From an uncultured bacterium (GTDB lineage Bacteria; Latescibacterota; UBA2968), in contig CAYYGZ010000001.1 in assembly GCA_964471275.1 (NCBI GenBank), positions 17,118 to 59,130 of the forward strand: 42,013 nucleotides of DNA, read 5' to 3'. Below the pieces are notes generated by a model. That model made no database searches. It was not told the DNA's origin and saw nothing but the letters and a program-made list of their open reading frames with translations. Both the position numbers and the translations under genes were made by a program. This document shows, piece after piece, positions 8,151 to 17,991 of the stretch (the stretch's first letter is position 1; each line of letters begins with the position of its first letter).

Positions 8151-11100
8151 CAACGTCTGACTCCGGTTGGATGGGATCTGTATGCGGGGTTGGAGGAGAT
8201 CGGTCGCCCGAAGGCGTTCGAGAAGTTCAGGAAGTCGGAGAAGCCCACCATCCCGTTGCCATCCAGATCGAAAGCGGGGTTTGATGTTCCGAAGGCTTCC
8301 GCAAAGGGCAGGAAGTCCAGGAAATCGACGCTCCCGTCACCATTGAAATCCGCGGTTCCCGTACCTCCTCCGCCCGGATCGACAGGTGGCGGCTCGGTCG
8401 GGACGGTGGCATCCTGGAACTGCACGGTAAGCCGCAGGACGCGATCATTCTGGGCGTCCGCGATCAACACGGATCCATCCGGCGCAACAGCCAGCCCGCC
8501 CGGTTCGTTCAAGCTGAAGCTCAGCGCATCGCCCTGGTTCCCCGTGCTTCCTCGCTGTCCGCTTCCGGCGACGGTCTGGATGACTCCCGAAGAGAGATCG
8601 ATCACGCGGATCTTGTGGTTCCCGGAATCGGAGACATAGAGTCTGCCGGAAGGGCCATAGACGACATCCTGCGGCGCGTTTAATCGCGCAAGACCGGCAG
8701 GCCCGCCATCTCCCGTTGATCCTGCTGCACCATCTCCCGCAAAGGTTGAGATCAGACCGGTGGTGTCCACTTTGCGGATACGGTGACCGGAGGATTCCGC
8801 AATGTATACGTTCCCATCACCGTCCACAGCGACACCGCTGGGATTTGCCAACGAGGATTCAGTCGCCGGGACTCCGTCTCTGAATGAGTAGAAGTCCAGA
8901 GGATCACCGGCGATCGTCGAGATGATGCCGTTATCAATCAGCCGAACCGCTTCATTGAAATAGTCAATCAGGAACGTCCGCCCGCTCGCATCCGCTGCGA
9001 GTCCACGGGGGCCCGTCAAGTTGGCCTCCGTTGCCGGTCCTCCGTCGCCGCTGAACCCGGCAAAGCCCGTTCCCGCGAAACCGGTTGTGATTCCAGCCGC
9101 CAGATCGATCCGTCTGACACGCTGGCCGTTGGATTCCGACACAATCAGGTCTCCGTTCGGCAACCAGATAATTCCCCGCGGATCACCGATATCGGCGTCG
9201 ACAGCCGGCTCTTCAAAGATGTTGCCGAACCCGGTTGCCCCGGAACCTGCGATCGTTGTGATTGTCGAATCTGCACCCGAGATGACCCTGATCCGGTTAT
9301 TGGCCGTATCAGCGATGTAGACATTTCCCGCATCGTCTGGGGTGACGGCACGCGGCGTGTTCAGCACGGCCTCGGTGGCCAGTCCACCGTCTCCGGAGAA
9401 TCCGCTGCTGCCCGAGCCAGCGATTCGTTCGATGAAGGTGTCAGATGGCTCCAGCGGCGGGATAAGCTCGATGAGAAGACGCTCAGTCGGCAGACCGGTG
9501 ACAACGATCGAAATCGAAACGGTCCCGGGCAGAATACCCGCAGTGAACTGTGAGGAAGCGAATCCATCAGCGATCCGACCTCCAGGCGAGGACAACTGAC
9601 CGCCACCCACGTCGAGCATAAAGCTGATGTCACGGTCACTAACGAGAGAGATATTCCCTTCCAGATCCAGAAGCGAGACGGCGATATCGGTAAAGGCGAT
9701 CCCGTTGGCCACAAGGACGTTTGTGGTCGTTGCGACCCGTATGTCGACCGGGGGAAGGGGATCCTCTTCGACAATGGTGAGAACGTGGTTGACGCCGATA
9801 TCCTCCCGGCTGAGGCGTTGGTATACGCCGCTCGGCCAGCGGATGTTGAGGGTGTCGACGGTCTCCGCCTCGCCGATTCCGAAGGACGCGGATAGGGCAT
9901 CCTGGGAGAGGAATGAGGTACCTCCCGTGATTTCTCGAATGGCTCGCTGGATCCGATTGTAGATGATCTCGATTCGTGTTCCGATCGCGTCCATGCTGCT
10001 TGTCGTTCCGATGGGTGAGACGGTCAGCCAGTTTCCTTCCGCTTCCTGGTTATGGAACAGTTGGTCGGGATCATTCTGGATCGCGACAAACAGATCCATT
10101 CCGCCGTCACCGTCGAAGTCCGCCAACGCTACGCCACGGCTGTCTGCCACCGTGGCCACGCCGAAGGACTCGCCAACCTCGGTAAACTGACTGTTCCCGT
10201 CCACATTCCGGAACATCCGGTTTTTCGAGTCCCGGTTTGTGATGAAGAGGTCGAGGAATCCGTCGTTGTCGAAGTCACCCCATACGGCACCGCGACCATT
10301 CCCGGTATCGCCAACACCCAAGGCGAGAGCGACGTCCATGAATCCCTCCCCTCCCTGGTTCTGGTAGAGTCGATTGGTACCGAAGTAGGGGACATACAGG
10401 TCGAGGTAGCCATCATTGTTGAAGTCACCGACGGCTGCGCCTGTGCTTGCACCGTTGTCCTGAGGAACGAAGGCGAAAGAGCCCGAGTCCTCGAAGGTCC
10501 CGTCACCGTTGTTCCACCAGAGACGATTCGGTCCGCTGTTCGCGACGAAGAGGTCGGGATCCCGGTCGTTGTCGAAATCGGCGAAGACGGGTTGAATGCC
10601 GCTGCTCGAATCCGCGATGCCAAGCTGATCGGCGATCTCTTCGAAGGTACCGTTTCCGAGGTTCCGGTAGAAGACATTGGAGCCGAAATTCGCGACATAA
10701 AGGTCCGGGTCACCATCTCGATCCGTATCCGCCCACGCAGCACCGAATCCGTCGCCGGTATCATCTACTCCTGCCAACGCGCCAACCTCGGAAAATGAGT
10801 TTCCCTCGTTTCGGTAGAGCCGGTTGGGTTGGCCGAAATTCGTTACGTAAAGATCGAGGTCGCCGTCGCCGTCGTAGTCGGCCCACGCGGCGCCGCTTCC
10901 GTCACCCGCATCGTCGACACCCAGCAGGGGGGCCACGTCTGTAAAGGCCGCACCATCGTTACGGTAGAGTCGATTGGGTTGGAGGCTCTTTGCGACGTAG
11001 ATATCGGGGTCGCCGTCCGCGTCGTAGTCTGACCACGCAACCCCAAACGAGGCGCCGGGATCGGCAACCCCCAGGCTGTTGGCCAGATCGACGAAGCCAC

Positions 11101-12880
11101 CGGTCTTCGAAAGGATTCCGGTGGCCGAAAGTGGGATGATGAATTCGGGTTCGTCGGGGTCATTCGACAGAATTGCGAGTTCCGATGTGAAGGATCCACT
11201 ATCTGTCGGATGGAACCGGACGTTGATGTCCTCCCAGGAGCCAGTGGCAACAAAGTTCTGACTCAGCGGCGTGAAGGAGAAGTTCGTGGTGTCCGAGAGT
11301 GTGATGCCCTCGATAAACAGCTGTCCCTGCGTAAGGTTCGATATTCGGAGTCGGCGCTGGCGCGTCTCCCCTGTGAATGTTGGATCGAAAGCCAGTTGGG
11401 CGGGCAATACGTCGATGTCGGGAACAATGCCGGAACCAGAGAGGGGCAGGATCAGCACGGGCTGGAACGGGTCGTTGGTCCGGATCGTCAGGTTTCCGGA
11501 TACCGGGTCCTCACCGATGGGATCGAACCGAATGGCCACCGCACGCTGGAGATTCGGACCGATAGAAATCGGTAGCTCTTCCTCTACGGAGAAAAGTGGA
11601 TTGTCGAACTCGAACGCTGTCAGATCGAGTATCGCATTCCCTCCATTCGCGATCAGCAGGCTTAAGGATGCGCCGAATCCCAGGGACGTCGGCGCGAAGT
11701 TGACCTTGTTACGATCACTCTCATACAGTGGGAATCGGAGATCCGGATTGGTGACCCGGCGGATTACGCTGCTATCGCGGTCTGAATCAAGGATGAGCAG
11801 GTTCCCGTCCAGATCGATCGCGACACGGATCGGGATCCGGAGAGAAGCCCGAAGGGCCAGATCACCGTCACCCCCGTTCCCGAATGAGCCGTTGCCCGCA
11901 ATCGTGACCATGTTGCCGTCGAAATCGACTGCGCGGACCCGGCTGTTCGCGAAATCGGCGATGTAGATTCTACCGTCCGGTGATACGGCGACTCCCGTCG
12001 GGAAGTTCATCTGAGCGTCGGTTGCCGGCCCGCCATCCCCGAAGAATCCACCCTCGCCAAAAATGCCGGCAGGACCTCGACCCGCTACCGTCGTGATTGC
12101 CGTCGCACTGTCGACGGTGCCGATGACGCGGATACGGTGGGCATTGAAGTCAGCGAAGAGCAGACTGAATCCGCTGGTGAAATCCGCAGCCATACCCTCG
12201 ACCGTCATACCTGCATCGGTCGGGATTCCGCCCTCGCCCGAGTAGTCGGGGCGTCCCGTACCGGCGATTACCTGGGTCGAATCCTGATCGAGGAGTATCT
12301 GAAGAATCTGGTTGTTGCCGTTGCCATCTGCGTCCAGGCCGTCTCCGACGAAAATCGTGGTTGAGCCCGCGAGCAATGAGACGATTTCGCCGAACTCAAC
12401 CTCCCCGGTCGGGATGCTGTTCACAAAATCAGGGAATCGGCCTCTCTCACCGGTCCCGGCCACAGTTGCGATGGTGCCTGTCGAAGGGTCGACACATCTC
12501 ACCCTGCGGTTTCCCGTGTCCCCAATGTAGAGCGTGCCGGCGTCGGTCACGGATACTGCGCCAGGTCGGCTCAGCTGTGCGTCTGTAGCTGGACCCCCAT
12601 CGCCAGAGAATCCCTCCTCGCCAGCTCTTCCCGCTACGATTGTTGCAATGCCCGTGAGGGGGTCGATGCGTCGCACGACGTGGTTGTCGGTATCGGCGAC
12701 GTACAGAAACCCGTCGATGTCTACCGTCAGGTCGAGGGCGCGTTTCAGGAGGAGATCGGTCGCCGACACGTTGTCGCCGATGTCGGTTCCCCCGCCGGCA
12801 ATGGTCGAAATCAACGCATCTTGAGCTGCCAGCGGCGACCCGAGAAAGAGGAGCAGAAGTATAGGCCTGAGATTGATCAT
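8150..12880 (-). CDS. Giant secreted modular protein: NHL propeller - 2x Ig-like (ASH/choice-of-anchor-D-like) - FG-GAP/CRTAC1 propeller - ASPIC/UnbV - Ig/invasin-like - NHL propeller - duplicated EF-hand/dockerin-like tail
   Basis: Signal peptide MINLRPILLLLFLGSPLAAQ; repeated GFSGDGGPAT.A.L..P / YIAD..N.RVR (NHL); TNDP/SNDPDEP..IPLSG (Ig-like); seven W.D.D.DGD.DLYV.N...NRLY.N-type repeats; GNWLTV..IGTRIEI..GGTSFLSQ..FGIG..IRWPSG (ASPIC/UnbV); C-terminal DFNGDGSVDFLDF..F...FG / DLDGNGMVGFSDF..F...FG. Confidence 0.9.
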   Translation of the reverse strand: MINLRPILLLLFLGSPLAAQDALISTIAGGGTDIGDNVSATDLLLKRALDLTVDIDGFLYVADTDNHVVRRIDPLTGIATIVAGRAGEEGFSGDGGPATDAQLSRPGAVSVTDAGTLYIGDTGNRRVRCVDPSTGTIATVAGTGERGRFPDFVNSIPTGEVEFGEIVSLLAGSTTIFVGDGLDADGNGNNQILQILLDQDSTQVIAGTGRPDYSGEGGIPTDAGMTVEGMAADFTSGFSLLFADFNAHRIRVIGTVDSATAITTVAGRGPAGIFGEGGFFGDGGPATDAQMNFPTGVAVSPDGRIYIADFANSRVRAVDFDGNMVTIAGNGSFGNGGDGDLALRASLRIPIRVAIDLDGNLLILDSDRDSSVIRRVTNPDLRFPLYESDRNKVNFAPTSLGFGASLSLLIANGGNAILDLTAFEFDNPLFSVEEELPISIGPNLQRAVAIRFDPIGEDPVSGNLTIRTNDPFQPVLILPLSGSGIVPDIDVLPAQLAFDPTFTGETRQRRLRISNLTQGQLFIEGITLSDTTNFSFTPLSQNFVATGSWEDINVRFHPTDSGSFTSELAILSNDPDEPEFIIPLSATGILSKTGGFVDLANSLGVADPGASFGVAWSDYDADGDPDIYVAKSLQPNRLYRNDGAAFTDVAPLLGVDDAGDGSGAAWADYDGDGDLDLYVTNFGQPNRLYRNEGNSFSEVGALAGVDDTGDGFGAAWADTDRDGDPDLYVANFGSNVFYRNLGNGTFEEIADQLGIADSSSGIQPVFADFDNDRDPDLFVANSGPNRLWWNNGDGTFEDSGSFAFVPQDNGASTGAAVGDFNNDGYLDLYVPYFGTNRLYQNQGGEGFMDVALALGVGDTGNGRGAVWGDFDNDGFLDLFITNRDSKNRMFRNVDGNSQFTEVGESFGVATVADSRGVALADFDGDGGMDLFVAIQNDPDQLFHNQEAEGNWLTVSPIGTTSSMDAIGTRIEIIYNRIQRAIREITGGTSFLSQDALSASFGIGEAETVDTLNIRWPSGVYQRLSREDIGVNHVLTIVEEDPLPPVDIRVATTTNVLVANGIAFTDIAVSLLDLEGNISLVSDRDISFMLDVGGGQLSSPGGRIADGFASSQFTAGILPGTVSISIVVTGLPTERLLIELIPPLEPSDTFIERIAGSGSSGFSGDGGLATEAVLNTPRAVTPDDAGNVYIADTANNRIRVISGADSTITTIAGSGATGFGNIFEEPAVDADIGDPRGIIWLPNGDLIVSESNGQRVRRIDLAAGITTGFAGTGFAGFSGDGGPATEANLTGPRGLAADASGRTFLIDYFNEAVRLIDNGIISTIAGDPLDFYSFRDGVPATESSLANPSGVAVDGDGNVYIAESSGHRIRKVDTTGLISTFAGDGAAGSTGDGGPAGLARLNAPQDVVYGPSGRLYVSDSGNHKIRVIDLSSGVIQTVAGSGQRGSTGNQGDALSFSLNEPGGLAVAPDGSVLIADAQNDRVLRLTVQFQDATVPTEPPPVDPGGGGTGTADFNGDGSVDFLDFLPFAEAFGTSNPAFDLDGNGMVGFSDFLNFSNAFGRPISSNPAYRSHPTGVRR
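10040..11100 (-). repeat. Tandem FG-GAP/VCBS-like protein repeats (about 7 copies) within the giant protein
   Basis: Recurring WSDYDADGDPDIYV, WADYDGDGDLDLYV, WADTDRDGDPDLYV, FADFDNDRDPDLFV, VGDFNNDGYLDLYV, WGDFDNDGFLDLFI, LADFDGDGGMDLFV; boundaries approximate. Confidence 0.85.
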
Positions 12881-13128
12881 TGATGAATCGAACGGTCCGA
12901 AGTTCCGGCTCTGAGTGATTGGTGTGGATGGCTAGCGGTTAGCTGGCGCAGAGCGGTTTCCGCCCGTAACCCGTTGCTCGTTTTACGATTGGATGAGGCC
13001 CTTCTGTTATCGATTGGATTCTTCGACTCCCAAACGCCTGAAATCGCCGCGGGTTCCGGGTTTCACCGATCGGCGGTCAGGACGATTTCATCATCGCTTC
13101 TGTCAGGAGGCGACGGTTCGTGGATACG

Positions 13129-14301
13129 TCAGGATCGCCTGAGATCTTGTTTGATCTGTGACCACTTCTGGCTGTTCGACTCATCCAGGTTCGAAACCGC
13201 TTCGAAAACGTATGCAAAGAGTATGCTGATTACGAGACTGAGACCCCCAGCAAGCAGAACCATCAGGGCACGTCGCGGACTGCTGCGCGTGTCTGGGGGG
13301 GCGGCCTTGTCCAGGAGGATTACCTGGGCGAATTCCTTGTCCTCCTCGAGCTTTGATTTTTCGTACTCCTGCCTGACAAACTTGTAGATCGCGTTCTGGA
13401 TCTCGACGTCGCGCATCAGCTGAAGGGCTCGCAATCCGAGATCAGGCACGTCCCGGAAAGGGATGACGATGTCCGGGAGATTGTCGGGTTGCGAGATCCC
13501 CTCGGTACCCATCAGCATGCGATCGACTGCCTGACTGGTCGCATCGATTTCGAGTGCGAACTGTTTGAGCTTCGGATGATCATCTTCCATCATCCGATCA
13601 GCGACTTCCTTCTTGATGATCAATTCCGCAAGTGATGAGACCAGCACACCGGCGGTTTCGATCTGGGCCTTGGCCTGGGTTTCAAGGTCGATGGCCATAT
13701 TGTCAGATTGAAACTCTTTATATGCCAGCTCTGCGGTCGTCATATCTCGGAACGCTTCTGCTTCACGTGTTTCGAAGTACTGGCGCAGACTTCCAGCCTG
13801 CTCACGCTTCCGAGCGCGTAACGCCCGGTCGAGCTCCTCGACGAATGCGTTGGCCTGGTCTGCTGCGGCCTTCGGCGTAGCCGCCTCGTAGGACACCGTA
13901 AGGAATTGCTCGCGGGAGAGGTCTACTTCCAGATGCTCGGCGATTGCCATCAGCAGTTCTTCGCGCGTCTCTGTTTCGTACTCAGCAGCAAGATTGAAGC
14001 GTTGGGCAACCGCCTCCGCAACGCGCTCGCTCTGGAGAACGGGAACGAAGTCGGTTGCCGATATGCCGCTCTCTCCGAGACCGAGGAGGCCAACGGGCAA
14101 GTCATCGGCGAGGCCACCCAAACCCAGCATGTCGCTCCCCTTCTCCGGGGGATACACAACAGCGGTCGAGCGGAATGCTTCTGGCAAAATCATCGCCACG
14201 ATGCTTGTTGCGATCGTAACGACCAGGAACGCTGTGAGGATCAATCTTCGCCACCGCACCAGGATGGCGATGTGGTCGAGTATGCCCGATTCGTTTCGCA
14301 T
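13129..14301 (-). CDS. Polysaccharide chain-length determinant / co-polymerase (Wzz/GumC-like, no kinase domain)
   Basis: N-terminal TM after RWRRLIL, a coiled-coil middle, and VILLDKAAPP..RSSPRR followed by a C-terminal TM; ATG 14301 in a TGATG overlap. Confidence 0.85.
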   Translation of the reverse strand: MRNESGILDHIAILVRWRRLILTAFLVVTIATSIVAMILPEAFRSTAVVYPPEKGSDMLGLGGLADDLPVGLLGLGESGISATDFVPVLQSERVAEAVAQRFNLAAEYETETREELLMAIAEHLEVDLSREQFLTVSYEAATPKAAADQANAFVEELDRALRARKREQAGSLRQYFETREAEAFRDMTTAELAYKEFQSDNMAIDLETQAKAQIETAGVLVSSLAELIIKKEVADRMMEDDHPKLKQFALEIDATSQAVDRMLMGTEGISQPDNLPDIVIPFRDVPDLGLRALQLMRDVEIQNAIYKFVRQEYEKSKLEEDKEFAQVILLDKAAPPDTRSSPRRALMVLLAGGLSLVISILFAYVFEAVSNLDESNSQKWSQIKQDLRRS

Positions 14302-15998
14302 CAATTGTTGTTCTTGATTGAGATGACGACCAGGACCAGCGTAGCGACCTGACCCGCAACGGTGATCAACTCACGGAATGTGCGCCAGGCTTGACCTGCT
14401 GTCTTGGCCGGAACGAAGATGGCATCGCCCGGGGCAATTTCGACCTCGTCTGCCTGGACAGAGTTACCCGTGCTCCCCACGATGACATAGACATCTCTGA
14501 CCCTCGCATTCTCGGCGAACCCGCCAGCCTGTCGGATGTAATCTCCAGCCGTGTAACTCGGGTCGAAGGGGATCGCCGCAGGCGAGACAACGGAGCCGTT
14601 TACGAGGACTGTCGGCAGTAGACGGGGGATGCGAATCAGGTCCTCACCGTTGAGCTCGATGTTCTGGCTGTCCTGGTTCCTGTCGAAGAGACCAACAAAG
14701 TCGACGGGGAGCCGTCCGGGGACCTGTTGTGTCTTCATCGTGATATAGGCGCGATCACCATCCGTCAGTTGGCTTCGTGGCAGATTCAGGAGACGGGCAA
14801 GCTTTACGTCCTCCTCGAGACCGACACCGTATTCGACTCGGCGGATAACGGATGACTGACGGAGGGAGGCGAACTCGGTGAATCCACCGGCCAACTCGAT
14901 CAGTGACTTGAGCTTCAGACCGGGTGTGACCGGGTAGGCGCCAGGAAACCGGACTTCGCCCTCCAGCGTGACACGCGGCTGATCGCCCAGCACGAAGAGC
15001 TTGTCGCTTGCCTGCAGGATCACGTTTGCCGACGGGTCGCCCTCGAGCGCCGCCTGCAGATCGATCGGCAGGCGTTCGACATCGCTGTGAGAAAGCCTGA
15101 GCACCTCGGCAGTTGATCCGGACGCGTCCCCGAGCAGACCACGAGCCAGCCGGACAAGATCGGCTACGCGATCCCCAGGTGCGTGCTCGTAGCTCCCCGG
15201 GCGTCTGACGGCTCCGGAAACAGTGACCGAGTCGCCCTTTACGGGTACGAAGATCTGGTCACCGTCCACAACGAAGGGATTGTACCGAATGTCGCCCGTG
15301 AGATTCCACAGGATGAGATCGGCCTTGCGGATGTTTCCTGGAGCTCCCGTGATCGACGAGGTCCGTATTTCGATATTGCGAAGGGATGCATCGCCCTTGT
15401 TCTCGTCGAGGAAGCCGCCCGCTTTGAGGATCAGTTCGGACACGGGCTCGACACCTTTGACGAGGTAGGCTCCCGGGAACTCGACCTCGCCGATGACGTT
15501 CACAGGGAAGGAGCGTAGATGAGACAGGTTGACCGTGATATCCAGGTGACGAAATCGACTGGCGATGGCAGCATCGATGTCGCGGCGTGCCTGATTGAGG
15601 GTCTTCCCCGCGACGGGTACGGCGCCCACGAACGGCACGACAAGCGTCCCCTCCGCGCCAACCGGCACATTTCGCGCGATGAGCTCCTCATCCGTGTCGA
15701 CGACGATGGAAAACATATCGTGTGGGCCGAGAACGTAGAGACCCGTGCGTATGATCGCGTCGAAGGCGGCCTTGCTGATGGTCCCCAATCCGAGCGGTAG
15801 CTCAGATTGGCCGCCGAGCTCATCACCCCTGCTGGAGAACGTTTCGATAGCGGAGCGAGAAGACTTTCCCTCGGTTTCGCCGGTTCTTTTTCTCTGCGCA
15901 ACTGTCGCTATGGGCTGAGATACGAGTGCGAATATGAGTGTCCAGAGGAGAAGCCTGATGACCGGGGGAAGCGAGTGGTGGTTCCGGATTGTCTTCAT
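14301..15998 (-). CDS. SLBB-repeat polysaccharide export protein (Wza/KpsD-like)
   Basis: YVLGPHD (Poly_export) followed by repeated V.GEV.FPG.Y / LI..AGGF / DGDQIFVP SLBB units and a C-terminal helix. Confidence 0.87.
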   Translation of the reverse strand: MKTIRNHHSLPPVIRLLLWTLIFALVSQPIATVAQRKRTGETEGKSSRSAIETFSSRGDELGGQSELPLGLGTISKAAFDAIIRTGLYVLGPHDMFSIVVDTDEELIARNVPVGAEGTLVVPFVGAVPVAGKTLNQARRDIDAAIASRFRHLDITVNLSHLRSFPVNVIGEVEFPGAYLVKGVEPVSELILKAGGFLDENKGDASLRNIEIRTSSITGAPGNIRKADLILWNLTGDIRYNPFVVDGDQIFVPVKGDSVTVSGAVRRPGSYEHAPGDRVADLVRLARGLLGDASGSTAEVLRLSHSDVERLPIDLQAALEGDPSANVILQASDKLFVLGDQPRVTLEGEVRFPGAYPVTPGLKLKSLIELAGGFTEFASLRQSSVIRRVEYGVGLEEDVKLARLLNLPRSQLTDGDRAYITMKTQQVPGRLPVDFVGLFDRNQDSQNIELNGEDLIRIPRLLPTVLVNGSVVSPAAIPFDPSYTAGDYIRQAGGFAENARVRDVYVIVGSTGNSVQADEVEIAPGDAIFVPAKTAGQAWRTFRELITVAGQVATLVLVVISIKNNN

Positions 15999-16894
15999 TC
16001 GATTACCGTTCCCTCAAGGTCAACCGGCAGTTCGTGGACCGTGGCCGTGATCCCGTTCTGTTCCCAGACCCTCACCATTGCTTCACCCACTGTCGAAGTC
16101 TCTTCCTTCGTGATGGCGAACAGGGAGGGACCCGCGCCGCTGAGTGCCACCCCGAGTGCACCAGCCTCAATAGCCGCCGCTGTCACGGCGTCGTAGTTCG
16201 GGATCAGGGCGGCACGATATGGCTGGTGCATGCGATCCTGCATTGCCGCCCCTACGGCATCGAGATCTCCCTGCAGCATTGCCGCCGTCAAGACGCTCGA
16301 CCGACCCACGTTGAAGGTGGCGTCTCTATGGGAGACCTCATCGGGGAGCGCGTCGCGGGCATCCTGGGTCTTCAGCTGGAAGTCCGGTATGACCACGACT
16401 GTCCGGAGTTCCGGGGGGGGCTCGGCGTGCACGCAAGTTACGTGACCATCGGACATCATCGAGACGGTGAACCCACCATACAGGCACGGTGAAACGTTAT
16501 CGGGATGGCCTTCCATCTCCGTTGCGACGTCCAGCAGTTGTGCTCGTGAGAGCGGATCGTCCAAGAGGCGATTCGCCGCGACCACACCCCCCACGATAGC
16601 GGTCGAACTGCTGCCCAAACCCCGTGCGAGGGGTATCCCTACAGTCATTTCTGCTTCGATGCGCGGCAGTTTCAGATCAAGCCGTTCCGCCAGAGTCTCT
16701 GCGGCCTGGAAGAACAGGTTGGATCCGTCCAACGGGAGTTCCTCGCATCCACAGCCGCACAGACGGATCCGATGTTCCTCGGCGTCGATGGGTCGCACGG
16801 TCACCCGGTTGTAGATCCCGAGCGCAAGACCGAGGGCATCGTATCCAGGACCCAAGTTGGCGGTGGATCCGGGTAGTTTGAGTGAAAACTCCAT
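15995..16894 (-). CDS. thrB: Homoserine kinase
   Basis: Likely start at ATG 16894 (TGATG overlap with hemW): PGSTANLGPGYDALG, IPLARGLGSSSTA, EGHPDN, DRMHQPYR, LSGAGPS. Confidence 0.95.
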   Translation of the reverse strand: MEFSLKLPGSTANLGPGYDALGLALGIYNRVTVRPIDAEEHRIRLCGCGCEELPLDGSNLFFQAAETLAERLDLKLPRIEAEMTVGIPLARGLGSSSTAIVGGVVAANRLLDDPLSRAQLLDVATEMEGHPDNVSPCLYGGFTVSMMSDGHVTCVHAEPPPELRTVVVIPDFQLKTQDARDALPDEVSHRDATFNVGRSSVLTAAMLQGDLDAVGAAMQDRMHQPYRAALIPNYDAVTAAAIEAGALGVALSGAGPSLFAITKEETSTVGEAMVRVWEQNGITATVHELPVDLEGTVIE

Positions 16895-17991
16895 CAGAGG
16901 TTCCGGACTAGTTCTGCGCAGACAAGGTCTGCCACGTGCTTCCCCCGTCGGGTCAGGCGGAGACGTGTCCCGTCTTTCTCGAGCAGATTTTCTGAGAGGA
17001 GTCTCGTCGATGTCTGGTCCTGATCCAGCAAGGAGGGATCGATACCGTCCCGCGTGCGAAGCCCAAGCATGATTCGTTCGATGCGATTGGTTTTGTCCGC
17101 TATCCTCTCGGAACCCTCTTCTGCCGTCTCGCCCCCCTCGATCCTGTCCAGGTATGCGTTCATGTTGCGCACATTCCAGCTGCGCCAATTGCCTGAGTAT
17201 GAGTGCGCAGAAAGGCCGAAACCGGCGTAGGTATCGCCACGCCAGCACGACAGGTTGTGTCGGGATTCGTGACCCGGTTTGGCGAAATTGCTGATTTCGT
17301 ATTGCAGGATTCCGGCCTTTTCGGTGAGTTCCAGCGCAATGTCATACATCGCGGATTGGGTGTTCTCATCCGGCAGAGCGAGCTGTCCGCCGGACTGCTG
17401 TTTTGCGAAGCGTGTACGGGGTTCGATCGTTAGGCCATAGATCGAAATATGATCGGGGCCAAGTGCGATCAGGTCGGTCAGATCGTCTCGCCATTGGGAT
17501 ACAGTCTGACCGGGATTTCCAAAGATCGCGTCTACATTGAGGTTCGCGAAACCGGCTTTCCGGGCTTTCTCGACCGAGCCGCTTGCATCCTTCCCGGTAT
17601 GCGACCGTCCTAGTCCCTTTAGCGTTCCGTCGTCGGTGGACTGAATTCCCAGGCTGAGTCGCGTGACACCTGCGCGATACAGATCGCCAAACTTGTGGCG
17701 ATCGTTCGGGTTTGCTTCGACCGTTATCTCTGCATCCTGTGAGACGTCCTCGATTCTGTGGATTACAGAAAGTATGCGTGCGAGATCGGCTGGCTCTACG
17801 GCGGATGGTGTCCCGCCACCAAAATAAATCGTGTCCAGGCTGTCACCTGTCTCAGTGTGCCGTCGCTCGATTTCGGTGATCAGGGCATCCGTGTATTTGG
17901 GACGAAGGGCATCTCTGCCGACGACAAAGGCGAAGTCGCAGTATGGGCAGGCCGAGGCACAGAAGGGCATGTGAATGTAGAGTCCAGGCAT
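16894..17991 (-). CDS. hemW: Radical SAM heme chaperone HemW (HemN-like)
   Basis: GLYIHMPFCASACPYCDF (CxxxCxxC), IYFGGGTPS, EANP, YEISNFA, SRHN; lepA-neighbour context. Confidence 0.9.
   Translation of the reverse strand: MPGLYIHMPFCASACPYCDFAFVVGRDALRPKYTDALITEIERRHTETGDSLDTIYFGGGTPSAVEPADLARILSVIHRIEDVSQDAEITVEANPNDRHKFGDLYRAGVTRLSLGIQSTDDGTLKGLGRSHTGKDASGSVEKARKAGFANLNVDAIFGNPGQTVSQWRDDLTDLIALGPDHISIYGLTIEPRTRFAKQQSGGQLALPDENTQSAMYDIALELTEKAGILQYEISNFAKPGHESRHNLSCWRGDTYAGFGLSAHSYSGNWRSWNVRNMNAYLDRIEGGETAEEGSERIADKTNRIERIMLGLRTRDGIDPSLLDQDQTSTRLLSENLLEKDGTRLRLTRRGKHVADLVCAELVRNL

Noticed and set aside
8400-12800. Recurring DNA similarities as a possible CRISPR or tandem DNA repeat
   Set aside because: They are degenerate codon-level echoes of NHL and FG-GAP protein repeats, with no identical repeats or spacers.
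12879-12906. Sigma-E-like GGAACTT-N16-TCAAT on the minus strand
   Set aside because: The -10 element overlaps the ATG of the giant protein, which would put the transcription start inside the signal-peptide coding region.
12930-12985. tRNA-like fragment (GCGGTTAGCT...AGAGCG)
   Set aside because: No T-loop GTTCRA, acceptor stem or cloverleaf can be built.
16895-17248. N-terminal extension of the 417-aa ORF containing thrB
   Set aside because: It overlaps hemW in another frame; homoserine kinase homology begins at ATG 16894.
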